DNA of 40,647 bases from Lachnospiraceae bacterium (GCA_900772685.1 CAAGRP010000090.1:1-40647); one strand, 5' to 3'. Shown: positions 27,383 through 36,142, numbered from the stretch's first letter. Made by a program: numbers and translations. Notes: generated by a model not told the origin, from the sequence alone.

Positions 27383-28003
27383 TCAGGGAAGCAGCTTTTT
27401 GATCTCATCAAGGAGCTGCTCCTGCGAGTATATCGTAACAGCTTCTATGCCGAGCTTTTCGGCCGCATCCGTATTTTCTTTTCTATCGTCAAAGAAGATG
27501 CATTCTTTTGCCTTAAGATCATATCTCCTAAGCAGACATTCGTATATCTCGTCCTGCGGCTTTAAATAATGCACCTCATATGAGACAATCCTTCCGTCAA
27601 AGTCCTCCATGAACCTAAGTCCCTTTGTATGAGCTTCAAAAAGCTCCCTGGAATAATTCGACAAAATATACAGACCGTACCCCTTTCTTTTAAGGACCGG
27701 TATCTTCTCCCATACCTTAGGCCTGTCTATCCTGATCTCATCTATATGATCCATAAAACAGTTTACCGCTGCAGCATCCAAAGGGTGCTTATTTATATAA
27801 TAATCCCTCGCCTCTTCGAGAGTACACAGTCCGGCATCCCATTTAAGCCATATCTCATCATGGAAAATTTCCCGGCCTATACGCTGTATATCATCATCCG
27901 GCACTCCGTGATCCCTGAACGGCTTGTGCCAGTCATAATCAAAAAGCACGTTTCCTACATCAAATATAACATTTCTGATCATATCCTGCCTGCATCCTTT
28001 CAT
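27383..28003 (-). CDS. HAD-superfamily hydrolase
   Basis: Motif I VIFDVGNVL and motif IV FFDDRKEN. The start may be Met8 (27982). Confidence 0.8.
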   Translation of the reverse strand: MKGCRQDMIRNVIFDVGNVLFDYDWHKPFRDHGVPDDDIQRIGREIFHDEIWLKWDAGLCTLEEARDYYINKHPLDAAAVNCFMDHIDEIRIDRPKVWEKIPVLKRKGYGLYILSNYSRELFEAHTKGLRFMEDFDGRIVSYEVHYLKPQDEIYECLLRRYDLKAKECIFFDDRKENTDAAEKLGIEAVTIYSQEQLLDEIKKLLP

Positions 28004-28161
28004 TTTAAATATTCTAAGAACGCCGAAGCATTCTCCCCTGTGAGAAATCCGGCAAACAAATTTACCGGAGCATACAAAGAACCGGAAACCTGTATCGGTC
28101 TCCGGTTCACTATTATAACTTATATTCTGCCTGTTTTAAAGTAATTGAAGAATTATATATA

Positions 28162-30543
28162 TCAGTTACCTGAATCCTTTGAAGGATCTGTGATCTCTCC
28201 TGTCTTGAAGATATACTGCACCTTACATTCGGTATCTGCCGCAACGCCTGCGAAATCGGTCTTTTCATTAGCATAATCAGCTATTGCCTTAAGTCTGTCA
28301 TAGAATTCACCGACCTTATCACCCATAAGCTCTGCAATCTTCGAGATTCCATCCTCATTAAGAGTATTGATACCGTCTGAGAGGGTATTTGTTCCTTCAA
28401 GTAGCTGAGCTGCTCCCTCGGCAAGAGTCTTTGCTCCGCTGTCGGCAGTACCGGCTCCGCTTGCAAGCTCTTTTGCTCCGCCTGCAACCGCAGCCGCTCC
28501 GCTGTTAAGCGTACCTGCTCCATCTGCAAGGCTCTTTGCTCCGCCGTTAAGTGTATTCGCTCCGCCTGAAAGCTGTCCTACCGCATCGATGAGCTGTTCA
28601 CTCTGTGAATTGAGCTCTTTAAGTCCTTCCGTAAGTGCTCCCATGTTTTCGCTTCCGGCCATATAGTCTATTTTAGGCGCCAGCTCCGAAGCCGACTGTG
28701 AAAGCTCATCCGCTCCGGCATATGCAGCTGCAGCCGCCTCATAAAGACCATATTTTGAAGGTTCCGTGCTGTTGCTCTTTGCTCCTGCCGCAATAGCCTG
28801 TGCACCCTTATTCAAATCATCGGCTCCTGACTGTATCTGAGCAATAACCGCATCAGCCTGTGTTGTATCTGCATTTACTGCCGCAAGTGCCTGCTTAGCT
28901 CCGGAGACTGTCTGCATCTCACCCTGAATGTTTTCGAGTATAGCTGCTGCCTGCTCCTCGTTAAGCGTTCCGCTTTCGATCAGTGCATTTACCGCATCCA
29001 CCGCACTCTGTCCGTATCCGTTTGCACTTTCAAGCGTCTGTACGGCCGTTCCTATATTTGTTTCAAGATTTTCTACTATCTGATCAAGGTTTGCCTTCAA
29101 TGCTCCTGCCGCCTCATAAATACCGAACTGCTTAGGATCTGTGCTTCCGCTTTTTGCTCCGTCCGCCATAGTAAGTGCATTGTCATACAGCGACTGAGCA
29201 CCGTTCATGATAAGTCCGAGAACACTCTTGAGATCTTCGGCTCCGCTTTCCATTGCCGATACTGCTTCGTAAACACCGTATTTGTCAACGCTGCTTGAAT
29301 CTCCGCTCTTAAGAGCTGCCGCAAGCTTAAGGGATCCCTGATACAGCTTGTCTGCTCCGTCAGGAAGCTGTGCTACAGAAGTAGAAAGAAGATCAAGTCC
29401 TCCCACAAGCTGTCCTGCTCCTTCCGATAATGAGTCAGCTCCCGATGAAAGTGTTCCTGTTCCTTTTGACAGCTCATCGGCTCCGCTTGAAAGCGTATCT
29501 GCTCCCGATGCAAGCTTTCCTGTTCCTTCCGATAAGGTATCAGTACCGTCCTTGAGCTCCTTCATATAATCCGAAAGCTCCTTTGCTCCATCCACAAGCT
29601 TATCTGCTCCGTCCTGAAGCTCTGTGGCCGAATCCTTCATGCTGTCGATGTCACTGCTGTATTTATTAAGATCCGTTTCTATAGGAAGATCAAAGCTTGC
29701 AAGTGAAACGGTTCCTATCATTGAGAAATCCGTAACATCAGCTTCTACGGTAACCGTATCCGGTATTATATCATTTATCTTATCAGCTTCTTCCTCATCA
29801 AGCTCGCTAAGATCCAGATTTTCCTTCATTCCCGGAAGCGCGAGACCTACCACAACGCTCCTGTCTCCGTCATTTACAACCTTTCCGTTGGTGACCTTAA
29901 CATTAGAAGACTTCTTGCCATCCATAAGAAGACCCGAAACGACGGCACAAGGCTTGTTAAGAGTTGTCTTCTCCCCGTTTATGGCAATTGTCTTGGAAAG
30001 CCTGTTTTCATATGAAAATTCAACCTCAAGATGTCCGCTTGCTCCTTCAAGCTCCTTTGCACTAACGGTTTTTCCGTCAAGCTTATATGTGATATTTACA
30101 TTTACAGGAAGCTCCTCGTTTGAAGTTCCCTTATAGAAAATATCATCTCCGTGAGCATCCCATGTTATCGTTCCGTCCGGATTCTCGGTATAAGTCTCGT
30201 CGCCCTTTGTATTTTCTATGTCAGTAAGATTTGTCTTGTCGACAAGCTCATCCTTTCCGTCACCGTTCTTCAGCCAGTTGCTGACTATGACGCTGTCCTT
30301 GTTGCCGTCTGCATCCTGTATAACATATACTGTTTCTTCTTTTCCGTTTTCGTCACTCTTTGTTGTCGTTTTAAGCAGCTCCCTGGCTGTCTTTGTAAGT
30401 ATATCTTCGCTTGAAGAGCCCTCCTGTGTGCTGACCTGTGAGCTTGCTTCTGTCTCAACGGCGCATGCCGTAAGTGAAGCTCCCAGTAAGACAGCTGCTG
30501 CAAGAGCGATCATCTTTTTTACTGCCGGTTTAATCTTCAACAT
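28162..30543 (-). CDS. Lipoprotein with YhgE/Pip-type X-X-X-Leu-X-X-Gly heptad repeats
   Basis: 793 aa. Lipobox SLTAC. Long runs of L..GA..L..G repeats, and three internal K(Y/F)G(V/I/L)YEA units. AGGGAGG RBS. Overlaps the MMPL gene end by 14 nt. Confidence 0.8.
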   Translation of the reverse strand: MLKIKPAVKKMIALAAAVLLGASLTACAVETEASSQVSTQEGSSSEDILTKTARELLKTTTKSDENGKEETVYVIQDADGNKDSVIVSNWLKNGDGKDELVDKTNLTDIENTKGDETYTENPDGTITWDAHGDDIFYKGTSNEELPVNVNITYKLDGKTVSAKELEGASGHLEVEFSYENRLSKTIAINGEKTTLNKPCAVVSGLLMDGKKSSNVKVTNGKVVNDGDRSVVVGLALPGMKENLDLSELDEEEADKINDIIPDTVTVEADVTDFSMIGTVSLASFDLPIETDLNKYSSDIDSMKDSATELQDGADKLVDGAKELSDYMKELKDGTDTLSEGTGKLASGADTLSSGADELSKGTGTLSSGADSLSEGAGQLVGGLDLLSTSVAQLPDGADKLYQGSLKLAAALKSGDSSSVDKYGVYEAVSAMESGAEDLKSVLGLIMNGAQSLYDNALTMADGAKSGSTDPKQFGIYEAAGALKANLDQIVENLETNIGTAVQTLESANGYGQSAVDAVNALIESGTLNEEQAAAILENIQGEMQTVSGAKQALAAVNADTTQADAVIAQIQSGADDLNKGAQAIAAGAKSNSTEPSKYGLYEAAAAAYAGADELSQSASELAPKIDYMAGSENMGALTEGLKELNSQSEQLIDAVGQLSGGANTLNGGAKSLADGAGTLNSGAAAVAGGAKELASGAGTADSGAKTLAEGAAQLLEGTNTLSDGINTLNEDGISKIAELMGDKVGEFYDRLKAIADYANEKTDFAGVAADTECKVQYIFKTGEITDPSKDSGN

Positions 30544-32632
30544 TTTTTAAACCTCCCTTATGATGTATCAATTTTCTCATTCCCACGGTCGTTGCGCATA
30601 TCGCCTTATCAAAGGTCATAAGCACGCTCGGCAGGAAGAGTATAACTACTATAAAGCTTATGATCGCGCCTCGTCCCATAAGCAGACAGAGCGATGAAAG
30701 CATATCTACATCCGAATAGATCGCAACTCCTATTGTCGCCGCAAAGAATCCCAATGCACTTGTAAATATAGACTGAAGCGAGGTTGAAAGAGCAGTTGTT
30801 ACCGCATCGTGCTTATCCGCACCGCTCATTCTTTCCCTCTTATACCTAGTTGTCATAAGTATCGCATAATCGACCGTAGCTCCAAGCTGGATCGTTCCTA
30901 TACATACCGAAGCGATAAACGGAAGTGTTGTTCCCGTATAGAAAGCCATACCCATGTTCAGGTATATCGCCAGCTCGATGACTGCCACCAGAAGTACAGG
31001 CAGCAGTGCCGAACGAAGTACCAAAAGGATTATCAGGAATATAGCTCCTATCGATACGAGACTTACAACCGCAAAGTCATGATCGGTTATCGTTATAAGA
31101 TCCTCGGTACCGGCCGCCTCACCTATAAGCATTCCGTTCGGATCATATTTCTTTATTATGTTGTTTATCTTACTGCACTGATCTCCGACCTCATCTGTCG
31201 CTACTTCGTATTTTGACGCTACAAGCATCAGCTTCCAGTCATCCGTCTGAAGTATATCCTTTATCTTCTCGGGAACCAGCTCGTCCGGGAACTGTGCGCC
31301 TACTACACTGTCCAGACCGAGTGCAAATGTTATGCCGTCAACATTTTCGATCTCCTGCGTCATAGCTTTGGTTTCTTTAGAAGAAAGGTCTGCATCCACA
31401 AGGATCATCGACATGGAGTTCATATCGAAGTGTTCTTTAAGCTCCTCATTTGCCTGCGTACTTCCAAGATAGGCAGGAAGGCTTGTATCCAATTTGTAAT
31501 AAACCTTAACATTATTATTTCCTATAACCGCCGGTATCCAAAGGACCAGCATTATGATGAAAAGCATCCATGAATGCTTTGTGATCTTTTTACTTATATT
31601 GTCCGGCTTGATATTAAGCGGTTTGTGTGAGAATTTTGCGATCGGTGCATCAAATACTACGATCATTGACGGAAGTATCGTTACACAGCATATAACTCCG
31701 AACAGCACACCCTTAGCCATTACGATACCAAGGTCAAGACCCAGAGTGAAGCTCATGAAGCACAGTGCGACAAAGCCCGCTATCGTAGTGAGCGACGAAC
31801 CGGTTACCGATTCTATCGTCATGGAGATTGCTTTGGCCATCGCCTGTTTATGGTCCGCATAGGCCATCTTCTGCTCCTTGTATGAGTGATACAGGAATAT
31901 CGAATAGTCCATCGTAACACCCAGCTGAAGTACCGCGACAAGCGCCATTGTTATATATGAGATCTCGCCCTGTATGAAATTCGTTCCCAGGTTATATATG
32001 ATCGCCATTCCTATATCTAATAGGAAGAGAATCGGTATAATAAACGAATCCATCGTAAGCGCAAGCACTATCGCACACAGCACAACCGCTATCAGTACAT
32101 ACCAGAAGATCTGTGAATCTACCAGGTCCTTGGTGTCCGTTACAACTGCGGACATACTTGAAAGGAAGCAATCCTTTCCGGCTATAGACCTTATTTCCTT
32201 GATCGCATCCATCGTCTCGTTAGAAGATGTACCCGTGTCAAAGAAAATGAACATCATCTTTGCTTCACCGTCTTTAGAATAAAATACATCCTTTACTTTA
32301 TCCGGAAGCATCTCGGGCGGTATCGAATCCGCGATCTCGCTGTAACCCAAAACGCTGGCAACATGGTCTACATCCTTTATATCCTCGGAAAGCTGCTTCA
32401 CATATTTGTCCTCCATGTTTTCACAGACGAACATCGCATATGCGCCCTTTCCGAAATCATTAAGCAATATATCCTGACCCTTCATCGAATCGATCGAATC
32501 CGGCAGATAATAAAGGATATCATAATTGACCTTTGTAGCAGCAAAGCTGATAAAACTCGGAATAAGCAAAAGTATACTTATTATAAGTATCGGTATTCTG
32601 AACTTTACAACACCTTTTGAAAAACTACTCAT
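30530..32632 (-). CDS. MMPL-family (RND superfamily) transporter
   Basis: About 700 aa, 12 TM in two 6-TM halves with two large loops. I prefer ATG 32632 (MSSFSKG..., AGGAGG 6 nt upstream) to the track start at 32659. Confidence 0.88.
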   Translation of the reverse strand: MSSFSKGVVKFRIPILIISILLLIPSFISFAATKVNYDILYYLPDSIDSMKGQDILLNDFGKGAYAMFVCENMEDKYVKQLSEDIKDVDHVASVLGYSEIADSIPPEMLPDKVKDVFYSKDGEAKMMFIFFDTGTSSNETMDAIKEIRSIAGKDCFLSSMSAVVTDTKDLVDSQIFWYVLIAVVLCAIVLALTMDSFIIPILFLLDIGMAIIYNLGTNFIQGEISYITMALVAVLQLGVTMDYSIFLYHSYKEQKMAYADHKQAMAKAISMTIESVTGSSLTTIAGFVALCFMSFTLGLDLGIVMAKGVLFGVICCVTILPSMIVVFDAPIAKFSHKPLNIKPDNISKKITKHSWMLFIIMLVLWIPAVIGNNNVKVYYKLDTSLPAYLGSTQANEELKEHFDMNSMSMILVDADLSSKETKAMTQEIENVDGITFALGLDSVVGAQFPDELVPEKIKDILQTDDWKLMLVASKYEVATDEVGDQCSKINNIIKKYDPNGMLIGEAAGTEDLITITDHDFAVVSLVSIGAIFLIILLVLRSALLPVLLVAVIELAIYLNMGMAFYTGTTLPFIASVCIGTIQLGATVDYAILMTTRYKRERMSGADKHDAVTTALSTSLQSIFTSALGFFAATIGVAIYSDVDMLSSLCLLMGRGAIISFIVVILFLPSVLMTFDKAICATTVGMRKLIHHKGGLKNVED

Positions 32633-32647
32633 AATCAACCTCCTCTT

Positions 32648-32669
32648 AAAAATGACCATCGGTCACTTT
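32648..32669. promoter_or_regulatory. Candidate TetR operator 1
   Basis: AAAAATGACCATCGGTCACTTT contains the palindrome TGACC-ATC-GGTCA (32653-32665), located in the MMPL operon 5' UTR. Confidence 0.45.
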
Positions 32670-32723
32670 CAACGTGATACAATTTAGCAGAGTCCTTATT
32701 ATAAGTCAATACTTTCGTTGTAT

Positions 32724-32745
32724 AAAAATGACTAACGGTCACTTT
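32724..32745. promoter_or_regulatory. Candidate TetR operator 2
   Basis: AAAAATGACTAACGGTCACTTT is a 20/22 direct copy of operator 1, with palindrome TGACT-AAC-GGTCA (32729-32741). Confidence 0.45.
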
Positions 32746-32901
32746 TTTGTGGTATTTGTGCACTGTCAGTTTCAGGAACACCGATTTTTTGTGTCTTTTG
32801 TCATTTGACTTTGCGGCTCTTTAGCCTTAGTCTAATTATAAGCCGCAAATATTTTACATGGCTTTTGCAATGATAATATAAGATCTGAAAGAGGTAATGA
32901 T

Positions 32902-33510
32902 ATGAGCAAGGTATCTGATAACAAGCTTCATAAAAAAAATCAGCTGCTTGATACCGCTTTTAAACTTTTTACTACAAAGGGTATCTCCGAAACATCCGTT
33001 TCGGACATTACAAAGGAAGCTAAAGTGGGAAAAGGCACATTTTATCTTTATTTTAAGGATAAATACGAGCTTGAAGCTAAGCTTATCAGCCGCAGAGCCG
33101 CAAAGCTCTTTCAGCATGCCGAAAGTGCATTGGCAAATTATCCCAAGGATATTTCCCTTGAGGATAAAGCCGTAATCCTTGTGGGCGATCTTATAGATCA
33201 GCTCGCAATCGATCCGAGTCTTCTTAAATTTATTTATAAAAATCTTTCATGGGGAATATTCAGAAATGCGATAAAGCAACAGAACAGTGACTGTGACAGT
33301 GATATCTATTATTCCTTTGATAAGCTGATAAATGATTACAGAGATGAATTTATAGAGCCTGATCTGATGCTTTATACGATAGTGGAGCTCGCAAGCTCCA
33401 CCTGTTACAACGTGATACTGTGGTCCGATCCGGTGTCCCTTGATGTTTATAAACTGTTTCTCGATAAAAACATCAGGGCTATAATGAACAACCACAAAAA
33501 AGAAAAATAA
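32902..33510 (+). CDS. TetR/AcrR-family transcriptional regulator
   Basis: 202 aa. N-terminal HTH (LFTTKGISETSVSDITKEAKVGKGTFYLYFKDK). Divergent from the MMPL operon. Confidence 0.9.
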   Translation: MSKVSDNKLHKKNQLLDTAFKLFTTKGISETSVSDITKEAKVGKGTFYLYFKDKYELEAKLISRRAAKLFQHAESALANYPKDISLEDKAVILVGDLIDQLAIDPSLLKFIYKNLSWGIFRNAIKQQNSDCDSDIYYSFDKLINDYRDEFIEPDLMLYTIVELASSTCYNVILWSDPVSLDVYKLFLDKNIRAIMNNHKKEK

Positions 33511-33566
33511 AATGAGGGCTGCCTTGTTTCGGCTGCAAAAGGCATCTCTTAAAGTATACTTTCCAC

Positions 33567-34112
33567 CTACTCGTCCCAGTATTCATCCCAGTAGTCTTCG
33601 GCATCCTCGAAGCCGTCAAACTCCTCGGGCCACTCTTCGTAGAAATCCTCCGGGTCGTCGTAGTCATATACATAGTACTTATCATCGTCCATGTAGCTGT
33701 TGCTTCCTTGTGTTTTGTTACTGCCATCTGAACTATTATTGTTATTACTACTATTGCTGCTATTATTACTGTTTTGGCTGTTTTGTTCTTTTCTTCGTTT
33801 TGCGAGTTCCTCTTGTCTCTTTTTCTTCGCCTCTTCTGCTTCACGGCTTTCCTGCAGCTGTTTTTCTATGATCTCAGCATGTTCTTTGCAGTATTGGCCT
33901 CTAGCCTCCGCATATTCATCGCAATCGCCGTTCCTGCATCTATGGATTGCGCAATATTTTTTACCTTCTCTTATTACATCGCATCCCTCAACCTTACATT
34001 TCGGCTTATAATAAAGAGCTGCTTTATATATCTCTACTATCAATACCGGCGCTACGAAAAGGCCTATGAAGCCAGCCAGTGCTAACTTTTTTTCAGTCCA
34101 TTTAATTCTCAT
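33567..34112 (-). CDS. Membrane-anchored Cys-rich protein with poly-Asn/Ser tract and acidic-aromatic tail (hypothetical)
   Basis: 181 aa, with GGAGGGAGAGA RBS. One TM helix, then CKVEGC..x9..CAIHRCRNGDC..x10..C.EH, a charged helix, NSQNSNNSSNSSNNNNSS, and ...DYWDEYWDE. Confidence 0.6.
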   Translation of the reverse strand: MRIKWTEKKLALAGFIGLFVAPVLIVEIYKAALYYKPKCKVEGCDVIREGKKYCAIHRCRNGDCDEYAEARGQYCKEHAEIIEKQLQESREAEEAKKKRQEELAKRRKEQNSQNSNNSSNSSNNNNSSDGSNKTQGSNSYMDDDKYYVYDYDDPEDFYEEWPEEFDGFEDAEDYWDEYWDE

Positions 34113-34302
34113 TCTCTCCCTCCGAACTGTCCTCAGACTTACCCATACAGAGTATTCTTAAATGCCTAAATGCTCATATACCGCATCCATTAAGGACTGT
34201 CTCATTACTTACTTAACATTACTATAATAGCACACTCTTCTTTGTTTTTGGATTAAAGCTGCGGCAAGTGTTACCAATATTAGTATTCCGCTCATGCAGA
34301 TA

Positions 34303-34331
34303 TTGACATCCGCACCGATAAATGCTATTTT
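34303..34331 (+). promoter_or_regulatory. Candidate promoter for the CDF leader
   Basis: TTGACA (34303-34308) - 17 nt ending TGC - TATTTT (34326-34331). Confidence 0.4.
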
Positions 34332-34369
34332 ACCAGCAATAAGTTTTGCACTGCATAAATCTACAGTAC

Positions 34370-34450
34370 ATACTGAGCAGGCAATGAACACATCGTTCAT
34401 CTTGCCGGGCCGTTTTGGCAACAGATCATACTACATCTGTGGGACAGTAT
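34370..34450 (+). promoter_or_regulatory. Candidate czcD (NiCo)-class metal riboswitch aptamer
   Basis: Four-way junction read by eye. P1: ATACTG (34370-75) / CAGTAT (34445-50). P2: GGCAA-TGAAC...GTTCA-TTGCC (34380-34406). P3: short GCC/GGC hairpin (34409-34419). P4: ACAGAT/ATCTGT (34421-34440). G-rich junction strands GGG (34407-09) and GGGA (34441-44). Located upstream of a CDF exporter and overlapping a terminator. Confidence 0.55.
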
Positions 34451-34478
34451 TTCGATAATGTTCCGCAGGTGTTTTTTT
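34433..34478 (+). terminator. Leader terminator (expression platform) upstream of the CDF gene
   Basis: ACATCTGTGGGAC (34433-45) pairs with GTTCCGCAGGTGT (34460-72) over 13 bp including 3 G-U pairs, followed by T7. The 5' arm overlaps the P4 and P1 3' strands of the aptamer, so the two structures are mutually exclusive. Confidence 0.7.
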
Positions 34479-34528
34479 ATACCTTGATACGGAATAAACA
34501 TTCTTAAAAGGAAACGAGGAAAATTATT

Positions 34529-35482
34529 ATGAAATCAAAAACTTCTTCACCTGACGCCGGGCAAAGGTCCGACAAACAGGTTGCAATGCGCGTATCGGCG
34601 ATCAGCATAACCGTCAACGTGCTTTTATCACTGTTCAAGCTGGCAGCCGGTATCCTGGCAAGATCAGGCGCAATGATATCCGATGCAGTTCATTCCGCCT
34701 CGGATGTGTTCAGTACATTTATCGTTATGATAGGTGTAACGGCTGCAGAAAAAAAATCTGACAAGGAGCATCCGTACGGTCATGACAGGCTGGAATGCGA
34801 AGCCTCGATTATTTTGGCCGTGGTGCTCGCGATAACAGGCGCGGGTATCGGCTATGCCGGTATAAAAAAGATCATGGCAGGAAACTACGGAGACCTGCAG
34901 ATACCGGGCTTGCTTGCGCTTATTGCCGCCATCGTCTCTATCATTGTAAAAGAATGGATGTACTGGTTCACCCGTATAGCTGCCAAGAAAATACATTCGG
35001 GTGCTCTTATGGCAGATGCATGGCATCATCGTTCGGATGCGCTCTCTTCCATCGGCTCCTTCGCCGGTATATTGGGAGCAAGAATGGGCTTTCCAATCCT
35101 TGATCCTATCGCCAGCATCGTTATCTGTATTTTCATTGAAAAGGCAGCTTTAAATATCTTTAACGATGCAATGGATAAAATGGTCGATAAGTCCTGCCCT
35201 GACGATGTTATAGACGAAATGAGGAGCGCAATCCTCTCTAACAAGCAGGTTCTCGCAATAGATGTTCTTCGTACAAGGCTTTTCGGTTCAAAAATATATG
35301 TCGAGATCGAGATCTCGGTCAACGGAAATGATACGCTTATAGAAGCCCACAAGGTTGCGGAAGCTGTTCATAAAAACATAGAAGCCAGCTTCCCGGCTGT
35401 AAAGCATTGCATGGTCCATGTTAACCCGATGACTGTTCCTAAGGTTGAGGCGAAAGATACTCAAACAGCGAAAAACAATTAA
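34529..35482 (+). CDS. Cation diffusion facilitator (CDF) family metal exporter
   Basis: 317 aa, 6 TM. HSASDVFS and HHRSDALSS metal-site motifs; C-terminal cytoplasmic domain. Confidence 0.9.
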   Translation: MKSKTSSPDAGQRSDKQVAMRVSAISITVNVLLSLFKLAAGILARSGAMISDAVHSASDVFSTFIVMIGVTAAEKKSDKEHPYGHDRLECEASIILAVVLAITGAGIGYAGIKKIMAGNYGDLQIPGLLALIAAIVSIIVKEWMYWFTRIAAKKIHSGALMADAWHHRSDALSSIGSFAGILGARMGFPILDPIASIVICIFIEKAALNIFNDAMDKMVDKSCPDDVIDEMRSAILSNKQVLAIDVLRTRLFGSKIYVEIEISVNGNDTLIEAHKVAEAVHKNIEASFPAVKHCMVHVNPMTVPKVEAKDTQTAKNN

Positions 35483-35492
35483 CTATCTATAT

Positions 35493-35547
35493 AAAAGACA
35501 GGTTCAGATGTGTTGAACAAATTCAAGCATCCGTTCCTGTCTTTTTT
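35493..35547 (+). terminator. Terminator after the CDF gene (large loop, possibly bidirectional)
   Basis: AAAAGACAGG ... CCTGTCTTTTTT with an inner GTTCA/TGAAC hairpin. Confidence 0.5.
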
Positions 35548-35595
35548 AATGTACAGTTTTTCATATACCTTTATACATGTAAAAGTTATACATTC

Positions 35596-35747
35596 AAGTC
35601 GAACACATGCGAGGCTAAGTGCATGATTCTATACATATTCCACTTAGAATCACTGCGCATACTCGTAGAGCGGTTATCTCAGTCGAAGATTGAATCCCTA
35701 CTGAGATAATTTTGAAAGCAACTCACCACTTATAGAAGTTAGAATCT
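35596..35747 (+). repeat. Copy B of the unclassified conserved intergenic element
   Basis: Same ordered identical blocks as 642-804. 10-bp stem TTATCTCAGT/ACTGAGATAA at 35674-35709. No ORF. Lies between the CDF terminator and the AT-rich defence locus. Confidence 0.65.
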
Positions 35748-35854
35748 TCTCAACTGAGATGACTCAGATTAGAAAAAAGCTGTCTTTATCTACCATTTAT
35801 CATGTGAAACATAGTATAATGACCGGTAGCATCATTTTAAAAGGAGACGCAATT

Positions 35855-36142
35855 TTGAAAACGATCAAAGTTGTTGCCGCGATAATCCGTGATAAAGACA
35901 GAATATTTGCTACCGAACGCGGCTATGGCGAATACAAGGGCCGGTGGGAATTTCCCGATTTCCATCTTTCGATGGACTGTTTCTGGTGTAATATCATCAG
36001 CGGAGACCTTATGTTAAAGGAGCATGAAGCCGCCAGATGGCTGACATCTGAATCTCTTTATGATGTAAACTGGCTTCCTGCAGATAAGTCATTGATTCCA
36101 AAAATAAAAAAGAAATTACAGGAGGTCCACCATGGATGTTAA
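35855..36142 (+). pseudogene. MutT-like NUDIX gene with in-frame loss of the Nudix box
   Basis: TTG start after AAGGAG. The protein reads LKTIKVVAAIIRDKDRIFATERGYGEYKGRWEFP|DFHLSMDCFWCNIISGDLMLKEHEAARWL...LPAD. Family members normally carry about 40 aa (GGK.E.GE....A..RE..EE.G...) between WEFP and (Y)PDF...; that segment is missing here. Confidence 0.55.

Noticed and set aside
28140-28170. dif-like Xer site (…GAAGAATTATATATATCAGTTACC…)
   Set aside because: A central TATATA is present, but the right arm does not match the TTATGTWAAYT-type XerD arm, and the left arm matches only weakly.
28281-30136. Several 70-170 aa ORFs on both strands inside the heptad-repeat gene, plus similar shadow ORFs elsewhere (969-2008, 22938-23318, 33512-34085 and others)
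   Set aside because: They are Ser/Leu/Pro-rich or otherwise low-complexity frames overlapping well-supported long genes, without RBSs. They are typical shadow ORFs of repetitive or biased coding sequence.
34209-34421. 70 aa minus-strand ORF in the track
   Set aside because: It has a TTG start without an RBS, and it lies antisense across the promoter and aptamer of the CDF leader. That RNA structure explains the region better, so I treat the ORF as spurious.
642-35747. The two element copies as attL/attR of a 35-kb integrated element
   Set aside because: The interval contains core genes (metFH, potABCD, a tRNA operon, iorAB) and no integrase or mobility genes. The copies share only short identical blocks (12 nt at most) rather than an identical crossover core.
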